From Candidatus Latescibacterota bacterium (lineage in GTDB: Bacteria > Latescibacterota > UBA2968), in the NCBI GenBank assembly GCA_965208125.1, contig OZ242320.1, forward strand, positions 3,456,001 to 3,520,000: DNA of 64,000 nucleotides, written 5' to 3'. Positions 9,703 through 19,573 of the stretch are shown one piece after another; position 1 is the stretch's first letter; each line of letters starts with the position of its first letter. A program made the translations under genes and the position numbers. Below the pieces are notes generated by a model. It searched no databases. It was not told the origin of the DNA and was given only the letters and a program-made list of their open reading frames with translations.

Positions 9703-10677
9703 TCACCGCTCGTCGCGTTTCAAGTCCAGCCAATCGAGTTCTTCCTGTGTGAGTTTCAAATTGAGAGCCTCGATATTGGCCTTGCACTCATCGGGATGGA
9801 ACACGCCGATTAATGAGAAGAGATTCAGGGGCTGGTTCAGGTTGAATGCCAGCGCGATTTGTGGCACGGTCAGCCCTTTTTCTTTTGCCAGTTCGCCCGC
9901 GCGGTCCAGGCGTTTAAAATTTTGTTCGTAACAATAGGCTTCGACGCAAGAGCCAGGCAGATTTGCTTTGTAGTCTGCAAAAGTTTCGCGCGTAAATCTG
10001 CCAGAGAAAAATCCCTGCGCGAGACTCGACCAGGTAAACAGGGGCATGTTTTGTTCTGTGTACCACACGCGGTCTGCCTCGTTGTCAGGCCCACTGATGC
10101 TGATACAACCTCTCCAGGGTTCTTTCACCTGTTCTGCAAGGCTGTAATTGGGGCTGCTCACGGTAAATGGTTCAAGGTTGTGCTTATATGCGTATTCATT
10201 GGCTTCTTGTATGCGCGGCACGGTCCAGTTCGATCCGCCAAATAGTCCGATTCGACCCGCTGCTTTGTGTTCGTTTAGTATCTCTACTATTGGCCCAACT
10301 TCGACATTGAGATCATCGCGGTGCAATACGTAGATGTCGATAAAATTCGTTCGGCAACGCTCCAATGAAGTGGTTAGATCGGCTGTAATGTCAACAGGCG
10401 TTACTTTGTTTTTGTTCCCAGTGTGGTGTGCCCCTTTGGTCAAGATGACGGCTTCTTCGAACAGGCCTCGTTCGTCGAGCCATTGGCCCAGAACACGCTC
10501 ACACTGACCGCCGCCGTAAATATATGCCCCGTCAAAGCCGTTGACGCCGAGTGCCCATACGCCGTCTAACAGGTCAAATGATTCTTGCAGGTGATCTTCG
10601 CGCAACATCATTGTCCCTTGTAAAATGCGCGAAATTTTTTTGTTCATTCCTTCAATTGTGCCGTATTCCATTGGCAT
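9703..10677 (-). CDS. Aldo/keto reductase
   Basis: FDGAYIY, LTKG, IDIYVLHRD, WSSLAQG. Confidence 0.9.
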   Translation of the reverse strand: MPMEYGTIEGMNKKISRILQGTMMLREDHLQESFDLLDGVWALGVNGFDGAYIYGGGQCERVLGQWLDERGLFEEAVILTKGAHHTGNKNKVTPVDITADLTTSLERCRTNFIDIYVLHRDDLNVEVGPIVEILNEHKAAGRIGLFGGSNWTVPRIQEANEYAYKHNLEPFTVSSPNYSLAEQVKEPWRGCISISGPDNEADRVWYTEQNMPLFTWSSLAQGFFSGRFTRETFADYKANLPGSCVEAYCYEQNFKRLDRAGELAKEKGLTVPQIALAFNLNQPLNLFSLIGVFHPDECKANIEALNLKLTQEELDWLDLKRDER

Positions 10678-10681
10678 GATA

Positions 10682-11668
10682 TTATGTCCTTTCCATCGGA
10701 TATTTCAATCCCCATTGCTCTCGAATTGCGTCCAGGGTCTGCATATTGGCAAGCGTATCGCCGTGTGACATGAGATCGCTTTCCAGCTTGCCCGCGCGCA
10801 CGCAACGGGCCACCTCGGCGGCTTCACATTCGTATCCATTTCCAGCGCATTCCAGTGTTACCACTTCCTCTTTGTCGCCAGCGGAGAGGATAGCGGTGCG
10901 TCCATCCCAAAACTTCGGTACTGTGATCATGCCGTCTGTGCCCAAAATTTTCGCTTCGTGTGGTGTTTTGATTCGCACGCCACAGGAGATCAATGCGAGT
11001 TGTCCTTTGTCGTAGCCAAATACCATCGCTGCCTGTTCATCTACGCCAGTTTCGCCGATATGCGCCTGGCTCGAGATGGTGGCAGGTTGGGTGTCGAAGA
11101 TCAGGGATGCATAAGAGATGGGGTAGATACCTATATCGAGCAGGCCACCTCCACCGAGTGCGAGATCGAACAAGCGACCTTCGGGATTAAGGTTGGCGCG
11201 AAATCCAAAATCGGCGTATAACATCCGCACTTCGCCAATTGCGCCGTCTGTGACCCACGCTTTTACCTGTTTGGTGATGGGCAAAAATCGGGTCCACATG
11301 GCTTCCATCAAAAACACGCCTTCGCTGCGGGCGACTTCGATAACTTCTCTGGCTTCGTGTTGGTTGATTGTAAATGGTTTTTCGCACAACACGGGCTTGC
11401 CCGCTTTCAGGCATAAGATACTGTTCTCTTTGTGAAAGGGATGGGGTGTTGCCACATAAACCGCATCGACTTCTGGATCTTCGGCGAGTGCTTCATAAGA
11501 GGCGTGGCGATTGGGTACATCATACGTATCGGCAAAGGCGTCGGCGCGATCCTGACTGCGCGATCCCACGGCGACGACTTGTGCATCGTCGAGGGCGCGC
11601 AATCCCGTGGCGAACTTGTGTGCAATACTGCCGGGACCGATAATGCCCCAGCGGAAAATATCACCCAT
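10682..11668 (-). CDS. Gfo/Idh/MocA oxidoreductase
   Basis: WGIIGPGSIA, CEKP, MEAMW, LLDIGIY; start reset to MGDIF. Confidence 0.92.
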   Translation of the reverse strand: MGDIFRWGIIGPGSIAHKFATGLRALDDAQVVAVGSRSQDRADAFADTYDVPNRHASYEALAEDPEVDAVYVATPHPFHKENSILCLKAGKPVLCEKPFTINQHEAREVIEVARSEGVFLMEAMWTRFLPITKQVKAWVTDGAIGEVRMLYADFGFRANLNPEGRLFDLALGGGGLLDIGIYPISYASLIFDTQPATISSQAHIGETGVDEQAAMVFGYDKGQLALISCGVRIKTPHEAKILGTDGMITVPKFWDGRTAILSAGDKEEVVTLECAGNGYECEAAEVARCVRAGKLESDLMSHGDTLANMQTLDAIREQWGLKYPMERT

Positions 11669-11685
11669 TGTTGATCCTTTTCTTA

Positions 11686-12414
11686 TCAGGAGGTTAAAAA
11701 TAGAAAATGCAAAATCATGCGTAAGGCGAGCAGTGTTACCAGCCACCTTAAAAGGACGCGAAAATGGTGCTCGGGCACATGCCCGCGAATCAGGGTTCCC
11801 AGATAAGACCCAAGCGATGCCGAGGCGATCATGCCAACGACCAATTTCCAATAGGGTGCAAAGGCAAATCCCAAAAATCCAAATGTCAAAATTTTCATCG
11901 CATGGCTCGATGCCATCTGAACCGAATGCGTGATTACCGTGCGGTCTCGGGGCAGGTTTTCTCGCAGGAGAAATGGCATATTGAGCGGACCACTTACACC
12001 CAAAAACAAGGATAAAGCAGTTTGAAAAGCACCCAGAAGTGTGAATTTTGCGGGTAAATCGGGCGCGCGGGAAAATTTGGGCATCCACGTGATGAGCAAA
12101 ATAAAAATACCCAAAAAGAGGGGCAGGAGTTCCCATTTAAAATCGATAATAAAACGAGAACCCAATGCGGCGCCAATCACTGTTCCGATCGCGTATTGCC
12201 CCACAAGACGCCATTCGGTATGCTTGAGGCCAATGAACGCGCGGCTCAAATTGCTGGCAATTTGCACCAGTCCGTGAATCGGGATAATCGCCGCAGCGGG
12301 GAGGAAGCCCGGCATAATCGCAATGAGGACAACGCCGCCGCCAACGCCGCCAACAGCCGCGATCATCGATGTTATACACGCCGCCCCAATTAAAAACCAA
12401 TCCGCTGTCTCCAT
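11686..12414 (-). CDS. TauE/SafE-family membrane transporter
   Basis: GGVGGG motif and multiple hydrophobic helices; next to a sulfatase. Confidence 0.85.
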   Translation of the reverse strand: METADWFLIGAACITSMIAAVGGVGGGVVLIAIMPGFLPAAAIIPIHGLVQIASNLSRAFIGLKHTEWRLVGQYAIGTVIGAALGSRFIIDFKWELLPLFLGIFILLITWMPKFSRAPDLPAKFTLLGAFQTALSLFLGVSGPLNMPFLLRENLPRDRTVITHSVQMASSHAMKILTFGFLGFAFAPYWKLVVGMIASASLGSYLGTLIRGHVPEHHFRVLLRWLVTLLALRMILHFLFLTS

Positions 12415-12421
12415 GCACTCA

Positions 12422-13870
12422 TCACCAGGTCATATAATGCGTTACAGGCTCGCCCTGTTTGGCGGTAAAGCGATCGTATTTCGGATGGATAAAATCTTCG
12501 GTTGCATCCATGTGGGCGTAAAAAGTTCGCTTCATTTCTTCTCTTTTTTCCGGTTGGGCGTCGTATAAATTGTTTAGTTCAAAGGGATCGTCGATTAGAT
12601 TGTACAACTCGCCGTAATTTTTTGCCGGGTAGTGAATATATTTCCACTCTCGCGTGCGGATGCAGCGTTTATCGACCGCTTCGGCAAAAATTATGTCTCG
12701 TATTTCCGATTGTTCGCCATTCATCAGCGGCGATAAATCCAGGCCCTGCACGCATTCGGGCGCATCAAAACCCGATAGCTGCGCGATTGTGGGAAATAGA
12801 TCCACGGTTTCGATCAGGGCATCGCAGTCGCCGCCAGCACGACCCGGCACGGCGATAGAGCACGGTATATGTAACATGCAGTCGAGGAGAAATGGCGCTT
12901 TGGCCGGGATACCGTGATCGCCTAAAAATTCACCGTGGTCCGATAGAAAGATTACGATGGTCTCATCCGCCACGCCTTTTTTTTCTAATGTCTCGATGAT
13001 CTGGCCCACTTGATGGTCAATTTGCGATACCATGCCGTAATACGCCGCCTTCATCTTGCGGAATGTCTCATCGGAAGCCTGGTCAAACCCGCGGTATTTG
13101 TGGTGTTCTGCTTTGAAATACAAACTGTATTCGGGCGGTTTTTTTGCAATGTCGTCTTCCGCGTACCGAAAGGGGGGCATCCCATTGGGATCGTACATAT
13201 TTGCAAAGCACCCAGAGGGGACATAGGGATGGTGCGGTCCGTAGAATCCCACCCATAAGAAAAAGGGGTTGCTCGTATCCAATCCTTTGAAGTATTCAAT
13301 GCTTTTCATTCCCACATAGGCATCGATGTGGCAATCTTCGGGGAGATCGGATGGCACAGCACCGAGGTTTTTGCGAAAATTGGGCAGGGCGTATCCCGTT
13401 TTATATTCGTATCCCCGATCGCGAACATATTGCTCAAATGGATTGGGATCGGTGACTGTATAATTTCCATCTGCGCGCTCTTTCCATCCCCGCCGTATTC
13501 CCACGGCGTCCATGTGGTCGAGTATTTGTCGAAAACGCTGCTGTCCAATGCCGTGTTTGCCCACGCTGGCAGTTGTGTAGCCCTGGTTTTTGAACGCTTC
13601 TACCATTGTAATTTCATTTTCGTTGAGCTTTGAACCGTTCCATTTTACGCCGTGATTTTTGGGATAACGCCCGGTCATGAATGTCGCACGCGACGGAGAA
13701 CATACGGGATTTTGCACAAAGCATTTTGAAAATCGCGTGCTCCTTTCAGACAGAGCGTCTATCGCAGGCGTTTGTATAACGCGATCCCCCGTGTATCCCA
13801 GCGTATCATATCGCAAATGATCGGTTGTGATAAATAAGATATTGGGCTGTTTAATCATCGCATACCTCAT
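12422..13870 (-). CDS. Sulfatase (Cys-type)
   Basis: PNILFI, CSPSR, GKH, PHHP, SDHGE; start may be 13858. Confidence 0.92.
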   Translation of the reverse strand: MRYAMIKQPNILFITTDHLRYDTLGYTGDRVIQTPAIDALSERSTRFSKCFVQNPVCSPSRATFMTGRYPKNHGVKWNGSKLNENEITMVEAFKNQGYTTASVGKHGIGQQRFRQILDHMDAVGIRRGWKERADGNYTVTDPNPFEQYVRDRGYEYKTGYALPNFRKNLGAVPSDLPEDCHIDAYVGMKSIEYFKGLDTSNPFFLWVGFYGPHHPYVPSGCFANMYDPNGMPPFRYAEDDIAKKPPEYSLYFKAEHHKYRGFDQASDETFRKMKAAYYGMVSQIDHQVGQIIETLEKKGVADETIVIFLSDHGEFLGDHGIPAKAPFLLDCMLHIPCSIAVPGRAGGDCDALIETVDLFPTIAQLSGFDAPECVQGLDLSPLMNGEQSEIRDIIFAEAVDKRCIRTREWKYIHYPAKNYGELYNLIDDPFELNNLYDAQPEKREEMKRTFYAHMDATEDFIHPKYDRFTAKQGEPVTHYMTW

Positions 13871-14607
13871 AGCAAATCGTTACTTAAAATTGTTGGACAC
13901 CAGAATTTTTCAATAAACGATATTACCAATTGCGTGCCTACTTCATGGCTCACATAAGGCGGCTTTGCCGGATTGTACATAGCATCGGTCAAATCTCGAA
14001 TTAGCGCGACCTGGATGCCCCAACGCGTCATTTGTTTGATTGCAAACGTGCGATGCAACACGCACATGTTAGTATGCACGCCCATGATGAGCATTTTGTC
14101 GATTTCCCGATGCTGCATATAGCTGTAGATTTCGTGTCCTTGATCGGAAATAATATCCCGTTCGTGGTCAATATCTATCCCCGCGTGTTGCCGCGTCCAG
14201 ACCTGCGTGTTGATTTTCTTCGGGTCTTCACCCGTGTCTGACCCGCCATCCGAATCGTCGATCGGTAGCGGGGGATCAGCGAGATCTAAATTTTCAGGTG
14301 GCTCAACGGGTGGGACATCCAATACCCGTCTCCGCGCAGGCGTATTGGCATAAACATCGAGTGTGCCCGAAGGTGCGTGAATAATGGTCACACCTTGCTT
14401 TCTCGCGCTTTGCACTACGGCGTGCATGCGGGGAATCATTGCTTCTAATCGCTCAACTGCACCGCGACACCAGTGGTTGTTCCACACATCGCATAATAAC
14501 AGGACTGTTTGCTCGGGAGGCCAATAGACCCGTTCTGTTATTGTTTCCCAAACTGTGTGTTCACTGTCGTCCCACAATAAGGTCTGATGCTGCACGGTTA
14601 GATTCAT
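13867..14607 (-). CDS. Isochorismatase/nicotinamidase-like cysteine hydrolase
   Basis: LLLCDVW, IIHAPS, GVHTNMCV; GGAGG RBS before MNLTV. Confidence 0.8.
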   Translation of the reverse strand: MNLTVQHQTLLWDDSEHTVWETITERVYWPPEQTVLLLCDVWNNHWCRGAVERLEAMIPRMHAVVQSARKQGVTIIHAPSGTLDVYANTPARRRVLDVPPVEPPENLDLADPPLPIDDSDGGSDTGEDPKKINTQVWTRQHAGIDIDHERDIISDQGHEIYSYMQHREIDKMLIMGVHTNMCVLHRTFAIKQMTRWGIQVALIRDLTDAMYNPAKPPYVSHEVGTQLVISFIEKFWCPTILSNDLL

Positions 14608-14627
14608 CGCGTCCTCCATATCAAAAA

Positions 14628-15449
14628 TCAGGTTTCCCACACCAACCGGGGCCCCTCGTCCATCCCGCATACCACCCCCAATTGTCTCTCGCGCTGATAG
14701 CCCAGACAATGAGAAATATACGTCACACCCTCGATTTCTCGACACCGATTGCGATGCTGATGGCCGTATATGTGAATCGATGAACCGAGTTTTCGCAATA
14801 GGCGATCTAAGGCCCTTGTGCCAGCCACCCGACTGAAATTGAAATTCGACGCGCTCGTCAATGGGCGCGGACGGGGAGCGGAATGGGACCTGCCAAAGAT
14901 CAACTCCCGTCTGGGCAAAAAGTGGCTAAAGGTAATGACTGGCCCATCGCCCTGAACAGGCGCGGTATTTTGGGCGAGCATATAGCGCGCAATGGATCGC
15001 TCGTTTTCGGGCCAGCGAATCAGACGGTTGTCCGCCCACATGTGCAACGCTGCGTCTTCTCCTTCTTGGGGCACGTACAAACTGTCGGTACTTTCTTCGG
15101 GTTTTTCATACCACGACAAAAGCGGTACAATTTGTACACCCGGCAATTGCGTCCGCGAGGTTTCTATGTTCAACACGTTACACAAAGCCATAAGCGCGTG
15201 GAATTTCTCCAACGAGTCGCATCGTTCATTGGGCCTCACCCACAAATCGTGATTGCCCGGTACAAAAAAAACGCGTGCAAATTTTTGCTTCAGTTCGCAC
15301 AGGGTATCGCGCATCGGGTCGGCGCGGTCAGTTATATCTCCGGCCACAATCACCACATCATCGGTAAAATCGCAATTGGAAAGCCGCTGCACCCACCGAT
15401 GGTTTTCCTTGTAATCGACGTGCAAATCAGAAATGGCAAAAACGCGCAT
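14628..15449 (-). CDS. Calcineurin-like metallophosphoesterase
   Basis: SDLH, AGD, GNHD, SH and GHQH motifs. Confidence 0.9.
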   Translation of the reverse strand: MRVFAISDLHVDYKENHRWVQRLSNCDFTDDVVIVAGDITDRADPMRDTLCELKQKFARVFFVPGNHDLWVRPNERCDSLEKFHALMALCNVLNIETSRTQLPGVQIVPLLSWYEKPEESTDSLYVPQEGEDAALHMWADNRLIRWPENERSIARYMLAQNTAPVQGDGPVITFSHFLPRRELIFGRSHSAPRPRPLTSASNFNFSRVAGTRALDRLLRKLGSSIHIYGHQHRNRCREIEGVTYISHCLGYQRERQLGVVCGMDEGPRLVWET

Positions 15450-15473
15450 GGGTTATCCAGTTGAAATAGCCAC

Positions 15474-15589
15474 GAGCGGGGTATGAAGGCGAGTAATGAA
15501 CTGCTGACTCAGTTGTACCCCGCTCCGAGCATGACTGGCCGGTGAACGAGCCTGAAAAGCGGCTCGTTGTACACCATCCTCAGGCCAGT
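15474..15589. ncRNA. Unassigned structured intergenic element (two long hairpins)
   Basis: GAGCGGGGTA/TACCCCGCTC 10-bp stem; second hairpin with arms ACTGGCC-GGTG-AACGAGCC and GGCTCGTT-CACC-GGCCAGT. Confidence 0.5.
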
Positions 15590-15613
15590 TCAAAATCACA
15601 AAAGAAATCACGC

Positions 15614-16408
15614 TCAATATCTCTCATCGACCAGCCACGCGCTTTTGGGATTTTTTTCCCAGTGTTGGCGCAACACCTGTTCGTTTGGACAAAATTCACC
15701 GCGATAGGCGACCCCGCCATGAGAAATATTAAAGCTCATGGCGACCTCATCTTCGCCCGCATCAACCCAGTGAGGCGTCAATAACTGGTTCCACAGCAAA
15801 TCGCCGGGTTGCATGTCATAGGTCAAAATATCTGCTGGATCTATTTGGGGAATATCAATGCGCGTAACACCCGTTCGATCTTCCACGAGTTTCTGAACAG
15901 GTTCGCGTTTTTCCGGTTCCAAAAACCCGTGAAAGTGTTTTTTTCCATAAACTTGCCACGCGAGTACATGCGAGGAATCTGCGTGATAGGTCGAGCTACA
16001 TCCTTTTCCAGAGATAAATATAATGGGATAACATCTTTGCCACGTAAATCCGAGTTGAGAGAGGAATGTGCGCCAGAGAATCATCACACATTCTTGAAAG
16101 TGTTCGAGAAATTGTCCTGCGCCATAAAAATTTTGCAAATGAAAATGCGCCAGACTAATCGGCATTTCGACGGCTTTTTCTATGGGCGCAGCCTTAAACT
16201 TTTCGACCAGATTATTTTGCTCTGCATCGCTTAAGCTGTCATCTAAAAATTGAATGCGCGCCTCGGAATCGCGCCGCAAAATATCTATAACTTCTTCGGC
16301 GGGGATGAGTGGCATTTCAAATTTGAACAACGCAGAATGGATAAGAAAATTTCGCTCGCCATTCCAAAGCTGGCGAAAATCATCTGCTGTCTTGGCAATC
16401 AGGTGCAT
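15614..16408 (-). CDS. JmjC/cupin-like Fe(II) oxygenase
   Basis: YHAD, WQVYGKK, PGDLL...PHWV. Confidence 0.7.
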   Translation of the reverse strand: MHLIAKTADDFRQLWNGERNFLIHSALFKFEMPLIPAEEVIDILRRDSEARIQFLDDSLSDAEQNNLVEKFKAAPIEKAVEMPISLAHFHLQNFYGAGQFLEHFQECVMILWRTFLSQLGFTWQRCYPIIFISGKGCSSTYHADSSHVLAWQVYGKKHFHGFLEPEKREPVQKLVEDRTGVTRIDIPQIDPADILTYDMQPGDLLWNQLLTPHWVDAGEDEVAMSFNISHGGVAYRGEFCPNEQVLRQHWEKNPKSAWLVDERY

Positions 16409-16538
16409 TGTTTGCTCCAGTGGTTAGTGGTAAAAGGGCCATCCAGTCCCAGCCTCTAGTCCCCAGCCCCTTGCTTCTCTAACATACATCATCACCCAAA
16501 GAGATTCAAGCGATCAAGATAGGGCGGCGTGAAGGTAC

Positions 16539-16567
16539 TTGACAGTAAATTTTCTTGCATTCATTAT
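16539..16567 (+). promoter_or_regulatory. Sigma70-like promoter
   Basis: TTGACA-17 nt-CATTAT upstream of the AGGAGG RBS. Confidence 0.5.
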
Positions 16568-16600
16568 GTACTATCAATTCCCACATATAGGAGGCTAAAG

Positions 16601-17824
16601 ATGAAAATCACCGATATTGAAGCCATCCCGATTGCGATGCCTTTGGCAAAACGCTACGACAACCACCACGGGCGCACACGCATGTACGATATTGATCAAC
16701 ATGTGGTGGTCAAAATCCATACGGATAACGGGCTGATTGGCTATGGCGATTACGAAGACAGTTCTGCGATTGCGTCTGAGGAAATCGAGCCGTTAATTGG
16801 GCGCAATCCCTTTGACTTTTTGCACAATAATTTACATCTGGCTCTTGGCATGGCGCTCTACGATGTGATGGGCAAGTACCTCGAAGTGCCTGCCTATAAG
16901 CTCCTGGGGCAAAAAGTGAGAGATGCCGTGCCGGCGGCGGCATGGACGCGGCCTTGTTCGCCCGAAGTATTTGCCGGAGAAATCCAGCGTGCTGTCGATC
17001 AGGGGTATCGCATTTTCAAGATGCACTCCGACGCCCGCTATGACGTTATTGAACAAACGCGAGCCGCTGCCGAAGTTGCGCCAGAGGGCTTTAAGCTTCA
17101 TTGGGATTTCAACCACAACCGCACGATGGGTGTTGTACTTCCCATTGTTGCCGAACTCGAACGCAATTATCCGGTGGTCGGTTTTATCGAAGACCCGCTG
17201 CCATGGGCCGATATTGATGGCTGGCGCACATTGAGACAAAAAACGCAGTTGCCGCTTATTATGCACAATCCTCAACTCGGCGGCATGCAGGAGGTCTTAC
17301 ACGGCACTGCCGATATTTATATGATTGGTGGTCGCATTGGCGATACTATGCGAAAGGGATTTGCGTACGGTCAGGCCAATATCCAGACGCTCCTTCAGCA
17401 ATCGGGCAATACCCTGATGAAGGCTTTTACGTTGCATCAAGCGGCGGTCTTGCCCACGGCAACCGCGCATATTATCACCCTTGACGATCAATACGAAGAC
17501 GATATTACCACGTCGCAACTGCTGCCGACAGAGGGTTTCTGTCGCGTGCCGGAGGGGGCGGGGCTCGGTGTTGAGGTCGATGAGGAAAAACTCAAGCAGG
17601 CCGCCCAACGCCAACATATTCCCAAACTCGATGTCATTGGCGTGCTCCACCTGCCTTATGGACGCAAGTATTATACCCGCGGAGAGCCCAATGTTATAAA
17701 TCTTACTGGTTTTGAAGAAGGCGCGTTGCGGGGTATCCATTGCGAACGCCTCGTCAGAGGCGAATCTCCCGACTTTGAGCGCGTTCACAAACGGCTCGAA
17801 GAGGAGGGGCCATTTGTTGAATGA
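16601..17824 (+). CDS. Mandelate racemase/muconate lactonizing enzyme (enolase superfamily)
   Basis: MKITDIE start with RBS, ALYDVMGK, DFN, EDP, GLGVEVD. Confidence 0.88.
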   Translation: MKITDIEAIPIAMPLAKRYDNHHGRTRMYDIDQHVVVKIHTDNGLIGYGDYEDSSAIASEEIEPLIGRNPFDFLHNNLHLALGMALYDVMGKYLEVPAYKLLGQKVRDAVPAAAWTRPCSPEVFAGEIQRAVDQGYRIFKMHSDARYDVIEQTRAAAEVAPEGFKLHWDFNHNRTMGVVLPIVAELERNYPVVGFIEDPLPWADIDGWRTLRQKTQLPLIMHNPQLGGMQEVLHGTADIYMIGGRIGDTMRKGFAYGQANIQTLLQQSGNTLMKAFTLHQAAVLPTATAHIITLDDQYEDDITTSQLLPTEGFCRVPEGAGLGVEVDEEKLKQAAQRQHIPKLDVIGVLHLPYGRKYYTRGEPNVINLTGFEEGALRGIHCERLVRGESPDFERVHKRLEEEGPFVE

Positions 17825-17829
17825 AAAAT

Positions 17830-17863
17830 AAACAGGGCATCTCTTTAAAGAAATGTCCTGTTG
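17830..17863. terminator. Probable terminator between convergent genes
   Basis: ACAGGGCAT/ATGTCCTGT inverted repeat with an A-rich left flank. Confidence 0.6.
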
Positions 17864-17887
17864 TGTTGCGGGCTGTATTATGCAATT

Positions 17888-19333
17888 TTAAAAGAATCGA
17901 TCTGCATCGCGAGGTGGCGTGGTGGCGAAAGATACGAGGATGAGAATGAGCGCGGAAACAGGGACGATAATGCCGGCGGGGATTAAGCCAGTTCCGCCAA
18001 TGCTGTACGCGCCTTCTGCGTTAAGGGAATCTGCATAAAAAAATAGCCATAGACCAATTACACTCAGGATTGCCGCGGTTGCGCCCTGCTTTGTGCTGCG
18101 CTTCCAGTACAGTGCGCCGACGAATACGGGTACCAATCCCGCAAAACCCGTGAGTGACCAGGCACCGAGTTCAAAAATTGACCGCGTTGTAAATAGCGAC
18201 GCAACAAAGGCCAGGACGAGGAATGCAGCGACAAATAGACGCCCAAACAAGACCTGCTGTTTTTCGGATAGCTGGTTGTCAAAACCGTAAAATCGCACAA
18301 TATCTTCGGTAAACATCGCGCCCAGGGCAAGGGTTTGAGAGTCGAGCGAAGACATAATTGCAGCAAAAACACCTGCCGCAAGGCATCCTGCCAGCACACC
18401 GCCCGTATGTGCCAGAATCAATTCAATCAAAATGGGGCCGTTCAGCGGCGCCGTAAAATCAATGCGACCGACCATTCCCAGGGTGACGCTGGGCACCCAT
18501 ACAGCGGCGATACACAGGGGATAGAATACTATGGGCGTTTGAAATGATCGCGCGGTTCGGGCGGAGAGCCAATGACCGTAAATATGGGGAAATGCCGCAA
18601 CACTGATGGGTAGCATGAGATAGGAGAGTATTTTGAATACGGTATAAGATCCGCTGCCAAAAACCACAAATTCGGGGTGCGTATCGCGCAGCGTTGCCAT
18701 AGCTTCGCCGATCCCGCCGTAGTGATCCATAATGACGAGATAGGCGATGATGCCCACGAGAATAAATACTGTTGTTTGAAAGGTATTTGCCCAGGCCGTA
18801 CTTCGCATTCCGCCATAGGTTACGTACAAAAATGTTACTCCACATACGAGCAAACTACCAGCCCAACTCGGCCACTCACCGCGCGTGATTGCCGCGAGTG
18901 CATCGCCTCCACCTTTGACTCCTATCAAGATGTAGGGTAGCATCAACAACACCACGACGACAAATAAGAGCGTTCCCAATGCTGGCGAGGTATAGCGGTC
19001 CCGGATCATCTGGATTTGGGTGACATAGGAAAATCGTTTGCCCAACCACCAGCTTTTTGTGCCGAGATAATAAAAGAGAAATGGTATCAGAATAGACGAG
19101 CTCGCGCCCATCAAACCGAAAACGACAATCCCCAGACGATAGGCTTCTCCAGATGCTCCCAGCATTGTAAATGCAGTGAGATTGGTGCCCAGCAGTGTCA
19201 TCAACAGGACTACAGGGCCAATGGTTCGGCTTGCGACAAAGTAATCTTCTGCGGTATTGCGAAACAGCCGATGCCCCAGGGTGCCGACCACTATAACCAG
19301 CCCCAGATAAATTGCGACAACCGCAATAATCAT
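17888..19333 (-). CDS. Sodium:solute symporter (SSS family)
   Basis: DYFVASR, YGGMR, AAIMSSLDS and many transmembrane segments. Confidence 0.92.
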   Translation of the reverse strand: MIIAVVAIYLGLVIVVGTLGHRLFRNTAEDYFVASRTIGPVVLLMTLLGTNLTAFTMLGASGEAYRLGIVVFGLMGASSSILIPFLFYYLGTKSWWLGKRFSYVTQIQMIRDRYTSPALGTLLFVVVVLLMLPYILIGVKGGGDALAAITRGEWPSWAGSLLVCGVTFLYVTYGGMRSTAWANTFQTTVFILVGIIAYLVIMDHYGGIGEAMATLRDTHPEFVVFGSGSYTVFKILSYLMLPISVAAFPHIYGHWLSARTARSFQTPIVFYPLCIAAVWVPSVTLGMVGRIDFTAPLNGPILIELILAHTGGVLAGCLAAGVFAAIMSSLDSQTLALGAMFTEDIVRFYGFDNQLSEKQQVLFGRLFVAAFLVLAFVASLFTTRSIFELGAWSLTGFAGLVPVFVGALYWKRSTKQGATAAILSVIGLWLFFYADSLNAEGAYSIGGTGLIPAGIIVPVSALILILVSFATTPPRDADRFF

Positions 19334-19545
19334 TCCCGGTCCTCCGCATCTAAATGATGAGGCCAGGCCAGGCGCACGATTACGAGCATAGAGAGTGTGG
19401 TCAGGACACACAGGCCAATGTGGTAAAGCAAATTGATCGGCAATCCCAGGATTAGTGCGTCGTTGTCCCACATCCAGATATTAAAGAATAAAATCAGCAG
19501 ACTGAGCAAAACACTCAAGGGCCAGATTTTTGTCTGTTGTGACAT
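19330..19545 (-). CDS. Small two-TM partner protein of the SSS transporter (DUF3311-like)
   Basis: WMWD..LILGLP motif; ATGA overlap with the symporter start. Confidence 0.75.
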   Translation of the reverse strand: MSQQTKIWPLSVLLSLLILFFNIWMWDNDALILGLPINLLYHIGLCVLTTLSMLVIVRLAWPHHLDAEDRE

Positions 19546-19573
19546 GGATTTCTCCTTTTTGTTCTGCTCGAGA

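Noticed and set aside
10682-12136. 484-aa version of the Gfo/Idh/MocA ORF
   Set aside because: The extension overlaps the TauE gene; the Rossmann motif and RBS place the start at 11668
15534-15589. Hammerhead ribozyme (CTGAGGA on the minus strand)
   Set aside because: No GAAA after the candidate stem II and no three-way junction
16443-16470. Short degenerate heptamer repeat (CCAGTCC/CAGCCCC-like)
   Set aside because: Only about four imperfect units; too short to interpret
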